Shown: positions 55,320 through 64,000 of the stretch, in pieces
Layout of the letters: every line of letters starts with the position of its first letter
Numbering within the stretch: the stretch's first letter is position 1
Sequence record: MZ065353.1
Length of the DNA stretch: 64,000 nt
Source: Escherichia virus KFS-EC3
Reading direction: 5' to 3' (one strand)
The notes under the pieces: generated by a model
The model's database searches: none
What the model saw: only the letters and a program-made list of their open reading frames with translations
What the model was told of the DNA's origin: nothing
Position numbers and translations under genes: made by a program

Positions 55320-57137
55320 ATGATTAAGAATGAAATTAAAATTCTGAGCGATATTGAACATATCAAAAAGCGTAGCGGCATGTACATTGGTTCTTCTGCT
55401 AATGAAATGCATGAGCGCTTTCTGTTTGGTAAATGGGAAAGTGTTCAGTATGTACCTGGTCTTGTTAAGCTTATTGATGAAATTATCGATAACTCAGTAG
55501 ATGAAGGTATTCGTACTAAGTTTAAATTCGCGAATAAAATTAATGTTACTATTAAAAACAATCAAGTAACAGTTGAAGATAACGGTCGTGGTATTCCACA
55601 AGCGATGGTTAAAACACCTACTGGTGAAGAAATTCCTGGTCCTGTTGCTGCCTGGACTATTCCAAAAGCAGGTGGTAACTTTGGTGATGATAAAGAACGC
55701 GTCACTGGCGGTATGAATGGTGTTGGTTCTAGTTTAACTAACATTTTTTCTGTGATGTTTGTTGGTGAAACTGGCGACGGTCAAAATAATATTGTAGTTC
55801 GTTGTTCAAATGGCATGGAAAATAAATCATGGGAAACTATTCCTGGAAAATGGAAAGGAACTCGTGTTACTTTCATTCCTGATTTTATGTCATTTGAAAC
55901 TAATGAGCTATCTCAAGTTTATCTTGACATTACACTGGATCGTCTCCAGACACTTGCAGTAGTTTATCCTGATATTCAATTTACCTTTAACGGTAAAAAG
56001 GTTCAGGGTAATTTTAAGAAATATGCACGCCAATATGATGAGCATGCTATCGTTCAAGAACAGGAAAACTGTTCTATTGCGGTCGGTCGTTCACCCGACG
56101 GTTTTCGTCAATTAACATACGTTAATAACATTCATACTAAGAATGGTGGCCATCACATTGACTGTGTTATGGATGATATTTGTGAAGACCTTATTCCACA
56201 AATCAAACGTAAATTTAAAATTGACGTAACTAAAGCACGTGTTAAAGAATGTTTGACTATCGTTATGTTTGTTCGTGATATGAAAAACATGCGATTTGAT
56301 TCTCAGACTAAAGAGCGTTTGACTTCTCCATTTGGTGAAATTCGTAGTCATATTCAGCTTGATGCTAAAAAGATTTCACGTGCTATTTTAAATAATGAAG
56401 CAATTTTAATGCCAATTATTGAAGCTGCTTTGGCTCGTAAATTGGCGGCAGAAAAAGCAGCAGAAACTAAAGCAGCTAAAAAGGCTTCTAAAGCTAAGGT
56501 TCATAAACATATTAAAGCGAATCTTTGTGGTAAAGATGCTGACACGACTCTTTTCTTGACTGAGGGTGATTCTGCTATCGGATATCTTATTGATGTTCGT
56601 GATAAAGAACTTCATGGTGGTTATCCATTACGTGGTAAAGTTCTCAACAGTTGGGGTATGTCATATGCTGATATGCTTAAAAATAAAGAACTGTTTGATA
56701 TTTGCGCAATCACTGGATTAGTTCTTGGTGAAAAGGCTGAAAACTTAAATTATCATAATATTGCCATTATGACTGACGCTGACCATGATGGTCTAGGAAG
56801 CATTTATCCTTCTCTGCTCGGATTTTTTAGTAATTGGCCAGAACTGTTTGAACAAGGAAGAATTCGCTTTGTCAAAACTCCTGTAATCATCGCTCAGGTC
56901 GGTAAAAAACAAGAATGGTTTTATACAGTCGCTGAATATGAGAGTGCCAAAGATGCTCTACCTAAACATAGCATCCGTTATATTAAAGGACTTGGCTCTT
57001 TGGAAAAATCTGAATATCGTGAGATGATTCAAAATCCAGTATATGATGTTGTTAAACTTCCTGAGAACTGGAAAGAGCTTTTTGAAATGCTCATGGGAGA
57101 TAATGCTGACCTTCGTAAAGAATGGATGAGCCAATAG
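55320..57137 (+). CDS. 39: DNA topoisomerase II large subunit (GyrB-like), uninterrupted
   Basis: 605 aa single ORF; GHKL ATPase and TOPRIM motifs; no gene 39/60 split. Confidence 0.95.
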   Translation: MIKNEIKILSDIEHIKKRSGMYIGSSANEMHERFLFGKWESVQYVPGLVKLIDEIIDNSVDEGIRTKFKFANKINVTIKNNQVTVEDNGRGIPQAMVKTPTGEEIPGPVAAWTIPKAGGNFGDDKERVTGGMNGVGSSLTNIFSVMFVGETGDGQNNIVVRCSNGMENKSWETIPGKWKGTRVTFIPDFMSFETNELSQVYLDITLDRLQTLAVVYPDIQFTFNGKKVQGNFKKYARQYDEHAIVQEQENCSIAVGRSPDGFRQLTYVNNIHTKNGGHHIDCVMDDICEDLIPQIKRKFKIDVTKARVKECLTIVMFVRDMKNMRFDSQTKERLTSPFGEIRSHIQLDAKKISRAILNNEAILMPIIEAALARKLAAEKAAETKAAKKASKAKVHKHIKANLCGKDADTTLFLTEGDSAIGYLIDVRDKELHGGYPLRGKVLNSWGMSYADMLKNKELFDICAITGLVLGEKAENLNYHNIAIMTDADHDGLGSIYPSLLGFFSNWPELFEQGRIRFVKTPVIIAQVGKKQEWFYTVAEYESAKDALPKHSIRYIKGLGSLEKSEYREMIQNPVYDVVKLPENWKELFEMLMGDNADLRKEWMSQ

Positions 57138-57166
57138 TTTACTTTACCACAAGGATGTGGTATAAT
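57137..57166 (+). promoter_or_regulatory. T4-type early promoter
   Basis: GTTTAC, 17 nt, GTATAAT. Confidence 0.6.
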
Positions 57167-57191
57167 TAATTGGGCAAATGAGGATATTGAA

Positions 57192-57395
57192 ATGAAATCA
57201 TATAAAGTAAATTTAGAACTTTTTGATAAAGCAGTTCATCGAGAATATAGAATCATTCAACGCTTTTTCGATATGGGAGAAGCCGAAGAGTTTAAAAACC
57301 GCTTTAAGGATATTAGAGATAAAATTCAATCCGACACCGCAACTAAAGATGAACTACTAGAAGTTGCTGAAGTTATTAAACGCAATATGAATTAA
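57192..57395 (+). CDS. hypothetical protein (67 aa)
   Basis: ORF track; TGAGGA RBS. Confidence 0.55.
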   Translation: MKSYKVNLELFDKAVHREYRIIQRFFDMGEAEEFKNRFKDIRDKIQSDTATKDELLEVAEVIKRNMN

Positions 57396-57405
57396 TGAGG
57401 AAATT

Positions 57406-59583
57406 ATGATTATCACCACTGAAAAAGAAACAATTCTTGGTAATGGTTCTAAATCAAAAGCATTTAGCATCACAGCGTCTCCTAAAGTATTTAAAATTCT
57501 ATCATCTGATTTGTATACAAACAAGATTCGCGCAGTAGTTCGTGAATTGATTACTAATATGATTGATGCCCATGCTCTTAATGGAAATCCTGAAAAATTT
57601 ATCATACAAGTTCCAGGACGATTAGATCCGCGATTTGTTTGCCGAGATTTTGGTCCAGGTATGAGCGATTTTGATATTCAGGGTGATGATAATTCTCCTG
57701 GGTTGTATAATTCATACTTTAGTTCATCTAAGGCTGAATCTAACGATTTCATTGGTGGATTTGGTTTAGGTTCTAAATCTCCGTTTAGTTATACTGATAC
57801 GTTCAGTATTACTTCGTACCATAAAGGTGAAATTCGCGGTTATGTAGCTTATATGGATGGTGATGGTCCACAGATTAAACCTACATTCGTAAAAGAAATG
57901 GGTCCAGACGATAAAACTGGTATTGAAATCGTAGTTCCAGTTGAAGAAAAAGACTTTAGAAATTTTGCTTATGAAGTTTCTTATATCATGCGACCATTCA
58001 AAGATTTGGCTATCATTAATGGTCTTGACCGTGAAATTGATTATTTTCCGGATTTTGATGATTATTATGGCGTAAATCCAGAAAGATACTGGCCAGATCG
58101 TGGTGGATTGTATGCTATCTATGGTGGTATTGTTTATCCTATTGATGGTGTTATTAGAGACCGTAACTGGTTAAGCATTCGCAATGAAGTGAATTATATT
58201 AAGTTTCCAATGGGTTCGTTGGATATTGCTCCATCGCGTGAAGCGCTTTCATTAGATGATCGTACTCGTAAAAATATTATTGAGCGTGTTAAAGAACTCA
58301 GTGAGCAGGCATTTAATGAAGATGTAAAACGATTTAAAGAATCTACATCTCCTCGTCATACATACCGTGAATTGATGAAGATGGGATATTCTGCTCGAGA
58401 TTATATGATTAGTAATTCGGTCAAATTCACGACTAAAAATCTGTCATATAAGAAGATGCAGAGCATGTTTGAACCTGACAGTAAGTTATGTAATGCAGGA
58501 GTTGTGTATGAAGTAAATCTTGACCCTCGACTGAAACGCATTAAGCAAAGCCATGAAACTTCAGCCGTTGCATCAAGTTATCGTCTGTTTGGTATTAATG
58601 CAACAAAAATTAATATCGTTATTGATAATATTAAAAATCGTGTTAATATTGTCCGTGGATTAGCCCATGCGTTAGATGATAAAGAATTTAATAACACTTT
58701 AAATATTCACCATAATGAACGTCTTCTGTTTATTAATCCAGAAGTAGAATCGCAAATTGATTTACTTCCTGATATTATAGCAATGTTTGAAAGTGATGAA
58801 GTTAACATTCATTATTTGTCAGAAATTGAAGCTTTAGTTAAAAGCTATATTCCGAAGGTAGTTAAAAGTAAAGCTCCTCGTCCTAAAGCTGCCACAGCAT
58901 TTAAGTTTGAAATTAAAGATGGACGGTGGGAAAAAGAGGAGTTATTTACTCTCACATCAGAAGCAGATGAAATTACTGGTTATGTAGCATACATGCATCG
59001 CTCTGACATTTTCTCTATGGATGGTACTACATCTCTTTGTAATCCATCTACGAGTATTTTGATTCGTATGGCTAATCTTATTGGCATTAATGAATTTTAT
59101 GTTATTCGTCCGCTTTTACAGAAAAAGGTAAAAGAACTCGGTCAGTGCCAATGTATTTTTGAAACTCTGCGTGATTTATATGTAGATGCTTTTGATGATG
59201 TAGATTATGATAAGTATGTAGGATATTCAAGTTCAGCTCAACGATATATTGATAAAATTATTAAGTATCCTGAACTAGATTTTATGATGAAGTACTTCAG
59301 TATAGATGATGTTTCTGAAGAATATACTCGCCTTGGTAATATGGTTAGTTCATTGCGAGGTGTATATTTCAACGGTGGAAAAGATACCATCGGTCATGAT
59401 ATTTGGACAGTAACTAATCTCTTTGATGAATTGTCACGTAATGCTTCAAAAAACAGTGATAAAATGGTTGCTGAGTTTACCAAGAAATTCCGTATTGTTT
59501 CTGACTTCATCGGATATCGCAGCTCTTTAAGTGATGATGAAGTTTCCCAAATCGCTAAAACTATGAAGGCCCTTGCGGCCTAA
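57406..59583 (+). CDS. rIIA: rIIA protein
   Basis: 725 aa; length and position match T4 rIIA. Confidence 0.95.
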   Translation: MIITTEKETILGNGSKSKAFSITASPKVFKILSSDLYTNKIRAVVRELITNMIDAHALNGNPEKFIIQVPGRLDPRFVCRDFGPGMSDFDIQGDDNSPGLYNSYFSSSKAESNDFIGGFGLGSKSPFSYTDTFSITSYHKGEIRGYVAYMDGDGPQIKPTFVKEMGPDDKTGIEIVVPVEEKDFRNFAYEVSYIMRPFKDLAIINGLDREIDYFPDFDDYYGVNPERYWPDRGGLYAIYGGIVYPIDGVIRDRNWLSIRNEVNYIKFPMGSLDIAPSREALSLDDRTRKNIIERVKELSEQAFNEDVKRFKESTSPRHTYRELMKMGYSARDYMISNSVKFTTKNLSYKKMQSMFEPDSKLCNAGVVYEVNLDPRLKRIKQSHETSAVASSYRLFGINATKINIVIDNIKNRVNIVRGLAHALDDKEFNNTLNIHHNERLLFINPEVESQIDLLPDIIAMFESDEVNIHYLSEIEALVKSYIPKVVKSKAPRPKAATAFKFEIKDGRWEKEELFTLTSEADEITGYVAYMHRSDIFSMDGTTSLCNPSTSILIRMANLIGINEFYVIRPLLQKKVKELGQCQCIFETLRDLYVDAFDDVDYDKYVGYSSSAQRYIDKIIKYPELDFMMKYFSIDDVSEEYTRLGNMVSSLRGVYFNGGKDTIGHDIWTVTNLFDELSRNASKNSDKMVAEFTKKFRIVSDFIGYRSSLSDDEVSQIAKTMKALAA
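59567..59581 (+). other. hairpin spanning the last rIIA codons
   Basis: AGGCC-CTTGC-GGCCT overlapping codons for ALAA and the stop. Confidence 0.35.
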
Positions 59584-59594
59584 TAAGGAAAATT

Positions 59595-60533
59595 ATGTAC
59601 AATATTAAATGCCTGACCAAAAACGAACAAGCTGAAATTGTTAAATTGTATTCAAGCGGTAATTATACTCAGCAGGAATTGGCTGATTGGCAAGGTGTAT
59701 CGGTTGACACAATCCGCCGTGTTTTGAAAAATGCCGAAGAAGCTGGTCGTTCTAAAGTTACTATTAGTGGTGACATTACAGTTAAAGTTAAGAGCGATGC
59801 AGTTATTGCTCCAGTTGCTAAATCTGACATTATTTGGAATGCATCTAAAAAATTCATTTCAATTACTGTTGATGGTGTAACTTATAACGCAACTCCTAAT
59901 ACTCATTCAAACTTCCAGGAAATTCTTAATCTGCTTGTTGCAGATAAACTGGAAGAAGCAGCACAAAAAATTAATGTTCGCCGTGCTGTTGAAAAATATA
60001 TTTCCGGCGATGTTCGAATTGAAGGTGGAAGTTTGTTCTATCAAAATATCGAATTGCGATCTGGTTTAGTTGATCGTATTCTTGATTCGATGGAAAAAGG
60101 TGAAAATTTTGAATTTTATTTTCCGTTCTTGGAAAATCTGTTGGAAAACCCAAGCCAAAAAGCGGTGTCTCGACTCTTTGATTTCTTGGTAGCAAATGAT
60201 ATTGAAATTACAGAAGATGGCCACTTCTATGCTTGGAAAGTAGTTCGCAGTAATTACTTCGACTGCCATTCAAATACTTTTGATAACAGTCCGGGTAAAG
60301 TAGTTAAAATGCCACGTACTCGCGTGAATGACGACGATACACAAACTTGTTCTCGTGGTTTGCATGTGTGTTCTAAATCTTATATTCGTCACTTTGGTAG
60401 TTCAACTAGTCGAGTCGTAAAAGTTAAAGTACACCCTCGCGATGTAGTATCAATTCCAATTGATTACAATGATGCTAAAATGCGTACCTGCCAATACGAA
60501 GTAGTTGAAGACGTTACTGAACAATTCAAATAA
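59595..60533 (+). CDS. rIIB: rIIB protein
   Basis: 312 aa; sequence recognised as T4 rIIB. Confidence 0.95.
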   Translation: MYNIKCLTKNEQAEIVKLYSSGNYTQQELADWQGVSVDTIRRVLKNAEEAGRSKVTISGDITVKVKSDAVIAPVAKSDIIWNASKKFISITVDGVTYNATPNTHSNFQEILNLLVADKLEEAAQKINVRRAVEKYISGDVRIEGGSLFYQNIELRSGLVDRILDSMEKGENFEFYFPFLENLLENPSQKAVSRLFDFLVANDIEITEDGHFYAWKVVRSNYFDCHSNTFDNSPGKVVKMPRTRVNDDDTQTCSRGLHVCSKSYIRHFGSSTSRVVKVKVHPRDVVSIPIDYNDAKMRTCQYEVVEDVTEQFK

Positions 60534-60547
60534 GGGCTTCGGCCCTT
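60532..60547 (+). terminator. hairpin (GGGC-TTCG-GCCC module)
   Basis: AAGGGCTTCGGCCCTT beginning inside the rIIB stop codon. Confidence 0.5.
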
Positions 60548-60564
60548 AACTATAAAGGAAAATT

Positions 60565-60759
60565 ATGTTAGGTTATCAAGCACGAGTAAAAGAAGAATAC
60601 GATCAGCTAATGCTCAAAATTAATGCGTTGAGCAAATTTTTAGAAAGCACAAAGTTTTTAACAGTTAATGAAGTTGAACAAGAATTACTGCTTTCACAGT
60701 TTATCTCAATGAAATCTTATGCTGACTGCTTAGAGAAAAGAATTGCGCAATTCAAATAA
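60565..60759 (+). CDS. hypothetical helical protein (64 aa)
   Basis: ORF track; bracketed by two copies of the GGGCTTCGGCCC hairpin. Confidence 0.5.
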   Translation: MLGYQARVKEEYDQLMLKINALSKFLESTKFLTVNEVEQELLLSQFISMKSYADCLEKRIAQFK

Positions 60760-60761
60760 TT

Positions 60762-60785
60762 AAAGGGCTTCGGCCCTTTTGTTTT
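60762..60785 (+). terminator. rho-independent terminator (GGGC-TTCG-GCCC module)
   Basis: AAAGGGCTTCGGCCCTTTTGTTTT. Confidence 0.65.
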
Positions 60786-60795
60786 AAGGGAAATT

Positions 60796-61125
60796 ATGAT
60801 TTATTATATGAATATCAGTGATTCCGATATAAAAGAGATTAATCTACACGGAAATCATCACGCTAACATCGTGTACTGTAACAAATTTGAGTTTGGTCAT
60901 GAAAATTTAGGATTTCTTTATTGCAATGATGTTATAGTCATGGATAAAAAGAAACTCGATGAACTTGATCGTGAATCTTTAGATGAAAATGATCGAATTT
61001 ATTATGGTACTCTTAAAGTATATAACGCTTATCTCAGTGGTAAAAAGGAAAGTCTAAATGCAGAAAACGAATCCGGGTTTACAGAGACTGTTTCAGATTC
61101 CGACATTTACCCTATCGAACAATGA
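60796..61125 (+). CDS. hypothetical protein (109 aa)
   Basis: ORF track; 3' end overlaps denB start by 68 nt in another frame, so the true extent is uncertain. Confidence 0.45.
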   Translation: MIYYMNISDSDIKEINLHGNHHANIVYCNKFEFGHENLGFLYCNDVIVMDKKKLDELDRESLDENDRIYYGTLKVYNAYLSGKKESLNAENESGFTETVSDSDIYPIEQ

Positions 61126-61615
61126 TTTGACTGGTGAAATGAAGATCAAAATTGCTGATACTGCAAGATACTCTTTAAAACAAAATCCAAACCAAGATAA
61201 AGCAGAAGTCATCGAAAGATGCCGTATCGCTGTGTATGCAGAGTTTTTTGTAGCAGATTGGCTGAGCGGATATGTTAACAAAGGTCAAGAGGATGTTAAT
61301 GACCCGTATACATACGCATGGGATGTATTGGCACATCCAAGATACTGTGGGCTTCGAGTAGAAGTCAAGACACATCAAACTGACTCACGCTGGATTTCTG
61401 TAACAACAGGATGCAGCGGAGAGTATCCATACGGTTCTGGAATAAATCTAGGGCCCATTCTGAATCATCAAGTCGCAGACTGTATAATTATATTCAACAC
61501 TAAAGAAATTCATCCAGGTGTCATCCAGTACACTCCGAAGTTCATTGGTGACAGAGAAGACCTTCGTAAGGTTGTAAGAAAAAGTAACTACAACGGATGG
61601 TATCTTTCCATTTAA
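61058..61615 (+). CDS. denB: endonuclease IV (DenB)
   Basis: 185 aa; length and position (next to rIIB) match T4 DenB. Confidence 0.8.
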   Translation: MQKTNPGLQRLFQIPTFTLSNNDLTGEMKIKIADTARYSLKQNPNQDKAEVIERCRIAVYAEFFVADWLSGYVNKGQEDVNDPYTYAWDVLAHPRYCGLRVEVKTHQTDSRWISVTTGCSGEYPYGSGINLGPILNHQVADCIIIFNTKEIHPGVIQYTPKFIGDREDLRKVVRKSNYNGWYLSI

Positions 61616-61631
61616 AAATTTTCACAAAACG

Positions 61632-61689
61632 GTTTACATACCACAAGGACTGTGGTATTATACAACTATCAACTACGGAGGAACAGAAA
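61632..61689 (+). promoter_or_regulatory. early promoter cassette (PeSL-like)
   Basis: upstream element, GTTTAC, TATTAT, shared leader; 58 nt to ATG. Confidence 0.55.
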
Positions 61690-61953
61690 ATGAAATTTAA
61701 GTTCTTTTACGTTAAACATAAAATTACCGGTGAATTTATTGCATTTACGACTTCAACTACAGATGAAGGAGATATTTTTACTGCAGTATTTTTATCAAAA
61801 TGGGAATCAGATCAACCTTACTTATCATCACGTGAAGATCTTCAACAATTAGTTAATGGAGAATATAATGATTCATGGTCATATTTAGTCCATGATTGTG
61901 TTAAAAAGGCAATAAAACAAAAACGCTTGGAAATCGTTGAGATTGAACTATGA
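61690..61953 (+). CDS. hypothetical protein (87 aa)
   Basis: ATG at cassette distance; track start at 61597 is an extension. Confidence 0.55.
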   Translation: MKFKFFYVKHKITGEFIAFTTSTTDEGDIFTAVFLSKWESDQPYLSSREDLQQLVNGEYNDSWSYLVHDCVKKAIKQKRLEIVEIEL

Positions 61954-62036
61954 GTTCATTATGGTGGTGTTTCGTTTGGTTAATTAGTATTCCTTTAATT
62001 TGTTTAGCATTTACTTTTGTGATGAGGTTATTATGA
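61950..62036 (+). CDS. possible tiny membrane peptide (28 aa)
   Basis: ATGA coupling; hydrophobic. Confidence 0.25.
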   Translation: MSSLWWCFVWLISIPLICLAFTFVMRLL

Positions 62037-62131
62037 AAATTTTGAATTCTGTACTTATTGCTTGTGCGTGGTGGGTTGTGCAAGTTTCAGCGGTAGTAGT
62101 TGGTATTCACATTTATTACGAATATTTTTAA
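62033..62131 (+). CDS. possible tiny membrane peptide (32 aa)
   Basis: ATGA coupling; hydrophobic. Confidence 0.25.
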   Translation: MKILNSVLIACAWWVVQVSAVVVGIHIYYEYF

Positions 62132-62138
62132 AAAAGTT

Positions 62139-62196
62139 GTTTACAAGACTGTTCCTCTGTGGTACTATACAACTATCAACTACGGAGGAACAGAAA
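62139..62196 (+). promoter_or_regulatory. PeSL cassette (exact copy of 9864-9921)
   Basis: 63-bp identity to the cassette at 9864 through the first codons. Confidence 0.6.
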
Positions 62197-62310
62197 ATGA
62201 AAAAGATTGTTAAAGCTATATGGAATGTAATTATAATTTTAGTTGTTTTGAGTATATTCCCAATTGTTTTAATGATTGATGTATTAAACGCTTACTTTGG
62301 ATTTATGTGA
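62197..62310 (+). CDS. small membrane peptide (37 aa)
   Basis: ATG at cassette distance; single TM helix. Confidence 0.4.
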   Translation: MKKIVKAIWNVIIILVVLSIFPIVLMIDVLNAYFGFM

Positions 62311-62317
62311 GGAAAAT

Positions 62318-62515
62318 ATGAAGCGTAAACGTAGTGCTTTTACATTTATTGAATGGTTTTTCGATAATATTTTTCCGGCTTTATTCATTTTCATGCTGAT
62401 TTTCGCCTTAGGTTCAGTTGTAGTTGGAATTTATTTAATGGCGGTTGTCGGAATGGATATTCACCAAAACGGTTTAAAATCTGTAGTTGAAACAATTTGG
62501 AATGGTGTAAAATGA
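62318..62515 (+). CDS. small membrane protein (65 aa)
   Basis: GTGAGGAAAAT RBS; hydrophobic. Confidence 0.45.
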   Translation: MKRKRSAFTFIEWFFDNIFPALFIFMLIFALGSVVVGIYLMAVVGMDIHQNGLKSVVETIWNGVK

Positions 62516-62622
62516 TGAATTTGTTGAGTGGTTGGTTTTATATTCTTATGTTTTACATTGGTGCAAATTTCCCGTATTGGATGGGATGGTCAACAACTGC
62601 ATTTGGATTTTATACTCCTTGA
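62512..62622 (+). CDS. possible tiny membrane peptide (36 aa)
   Basis: ATGA coupling; hydrophobic, aromatic-rich. Confidence 0.3.
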   Translation: MMNLLSGWFYILMFYIGANFPYWMGWSTTAFGFYTP

Positions 62623-62630
62623 GGTGAATT

Positions 62631-62846
62631 ATGAAAATCTTTAAAGATGTAAAAGTTGGTGAAATTTTTTGCTTGGATAGCGGTGATCAGTTAATTCGCA
62701 TTTCACCTCTTAAGAGTACCAGCGAGAAAATGACAGTTAACGCTACTTTAGTAAATAACAGTAATGAACGTTTCTGTATTGAAAATGATACTGAAACTTA
62801 TACCGTAGAAGAGTTCTGGGAATTGAGCGTCGACTGCGACGATTAA
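62631..62846 (+). CDS. hypothetical protein (71 aa)
   Basis: ORF track; GAGGTGAATT RBS. Confidence 0.5.
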   Translation: MKIFKDVKVGEIFCLDSGDQLIRISPLKSTSEKMTVNATLVNNSNERFCIENDTETYTVEEFWELSVDCDD

Positions 62847-62906
62847 TTTATCGGCCGTGTGTATTCATGCGGCCTTGGAGTAGAAAATAATTTAGAGGAA
62901 ATTAAT

Positions 62907-63362
62907 ATGAAATACATGACTTCTAGTGATTTACGTGATGCAGGCGCTACTATTATTGGTACAATCAAGAATGGCGAATGGTTTTTGGGAACTCCGCATA
63001 AAGACATTTTATCTAAACCTGGATTTTACTTTTTAGTGAGTAAATTCGGTGGTCCATTTGGTTGTCCATGCGTATCTGCACGATTTTATGTAGGTAATCA
63101 GCGTTCTAAGCAAGGATTCAGCGCAGTTCTAAGTCATATTCGTCAACGTCGGTCTCAGCTTGCGCGTACTATTGCAAATAACAATGTTCCATACGCAGTA
63201 TTTTATCTGCCTGCTTCTAAGATGAAACCTCTGACGACTGGATTCGGAAAAGGTCAGTTAGCTTTAGCGTTTACTCGTAATCATCATTCTGAGTATCAAA
63301 CGCTTGAAGAAATGAACCGTATGTTGGCTGATAACTTTAAATTTGTTTTGCAGGCATACTAA
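62907..63362 (+). CDS. ndd: nucleoid disruption protein Ndd
   Basis: 151 aa from ATG 62907 (GAGGAAATTAAT RBS); length and position match T4 Ndd. Confidence 0.8.
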   Translation: MKYMTSSDLRDAGATIIGTIKNGEWFLGTPHKDILSKPGFYFLVSKFGGPFGCPCVSARFYVGNQRSKQGFSAVLSHIRQRRSQLARTIANNNVPYAVFYLPASKMKPLTTGFGKGQLALAFTRNHHSEYQTLEEMNRMLADNFKFVLQAY

Positions 63363-63535
63363 TGAAAGCTCTATTTGTAATGGGTTACCTATTAGTTTTA
63401 GCCTTATTCACATTGACTGGAATCTTTACGGCTTTAGGTCTACCTCTTAATGATAATGTGGCTGTCGTGATGTGTGTAGGTGGCGGATTTATCTGTTTTG
63501 AACGTTTATGCAAAATGTGTGGTGTGTATGAGTAA
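63362..63535 (+). CDS. small membrane protein (57 aa)
   Basis: ATG overlapping ndd stop; hydrophobic. Confidence 0.4.
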
Positions 63536-63608
63536 TTTCCATAACGAACATGTGATGCAGTTCTATCGTAACAATCTTAAAACCAAAGGCGTCTTCGGAC
63601 GCCAGTGA
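63528..63608 (+). CDS. stp: Stp peptide (activator of the Prr anticodon nuclease system)
   Basis: 26-aa product [26 protein letters not shown] recognised as T4 Stp. Confidence 0.8.
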
Positions 63609-63615
63609 GGAAAAT

Positions 63616-63774
63616 ATGAATATCGCAAAATTATTAGGAGTTATTTCATTTATTTGTTGGATAGTAGCATGTGTTTTAACTATCTGTATCGATGCTAGCA
63701 GTGTGTTTTCACAAGCTTTAGCCCAGGGTATGTGTGCATATTTAACATTTGTGTTGTTATCTACTAATGATTAA
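63616..63774 (+). CDS. ac: small membrane protein (52 aa), possible Ac
   Basis: GTGAGGAAAAT RBS; size and position (after stp) fit T4 ac; sequence not recognised. Confidence 0.4.
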   Translation: MNIAKLLGVISFICWIVACVLTICIDASSVFSQALAQGMCAYLTFVLLSTND

Positions 63775-63907
63775 GAAAATCTTGGGCTATTCATTAGCCC
63801 TTGCTGCTTTATTGGTAGCACTATATTATGGAGTAATGTTCGGATTAATTCAAGTCGTGCTTTTCATTTCTGATGTTATTATGGCACTACATTCACTAGT
63901 ATGGTAA
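63767..63907 (+). CDS. small membrane peptide (46 aa)
   Basis: ATG overlapping upstream gene end; hydrophobic. Confidence 0.35.
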   Translation: MIKKILGYSLALAALLVALYYGVMFGLIQVVLFISDVIMALHSLVW

Positions 63908-63911
63908 ATTT

Positions 63912-64000
63912 ATGCAACTGAATAATCGCGATTTAAAAAGTATCATTGATAATGAAGCATTGGCTTATGCTATGTACACGGTTGAAAATCGTGCTATCCC
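63912..64000 (+). CDS. 52: topoisomerase II medium subunit (GyrA-like), 5' fragment cut by window end
   Basis: N-terminus MQLNNRDLKSIIDNEALAYAMYTVENRAI has the GyrA-type AMY...RAIP motif; position after ac/stp. Confidence 0.7.
   Translation, partial: MQLNNRDLKSIIDNEALAYAMYTVENRAI

Noticed and set aside
54821-55387. 188-aa minus-strand ORF
   Set aside because: It overlaps a plus-strand signal-peptide lipoprotein gene, a terminator hairpin and the start of gene 39; it has no RBS and the plus-strand context is well supported.
63589-63602. GCGTCTTCGGACGC hairpin, initially read as a terminator
   Set aside because: It lies inside the stp coding sequence (codons for GVFGRQ) and has no T-run; it may still be an RNA structure but is not a terminator.
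1-64000. CRISPR arrays, tRNA and rRNA genes
   Set aside because: No direct-repeat/spacer periodicity and no cloverleaf-like or rRNA-like segments were seen; the T-even tRNA cluster would lie outside this window.

Overview
This window is a T-even (T4-like, Tequatrovirus-type) phage early/middle gene region, read in the direction of early transcription; nearly every supported gene is on the + strand. I found no clearly novel multi-gene system. The most unusual items are a convergent antisense small membrane-protein gene in the 61/56 gap, a start-less (probably frameshifted) ORF upstream of gene 55, repeated promoter-hairpin cassettes including an exact 63-bp duplicate, and two free-standing homing-endonuclease genes. 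Gene order runs regB, tk, rI, an 11-ORF block of unknown function, nrdC, 49, nrdD, nrdG, nrdH, 55, a-gt, 47, 46, rpbA, 45, 44, 62, regA, 43, imm, 42, uvsX, 40, 41, dmd, sp, 61, 56, soc, modB, modA, srd, dda, dexA, motB, cef, 39, rIIA, rIIB, denB, ndd, stp and the start of 52. Compared with T4 itself, nrdD has no intron, gene 39 is one uninterrupted 605-aa ORF, no dam-like gene lies between 61 and 56, and a GT-A-like glycosyltransferase sits where T4 has beta-gt. No tRNA, rRNA or CRISPR array was seen. All names rest on reading the translations, protein lengths and gene order from memory of T4; no database search was run. Starts were re-derived where the ORF track used TTG/GTG extensions; small features not in the track may be off by a base or two.
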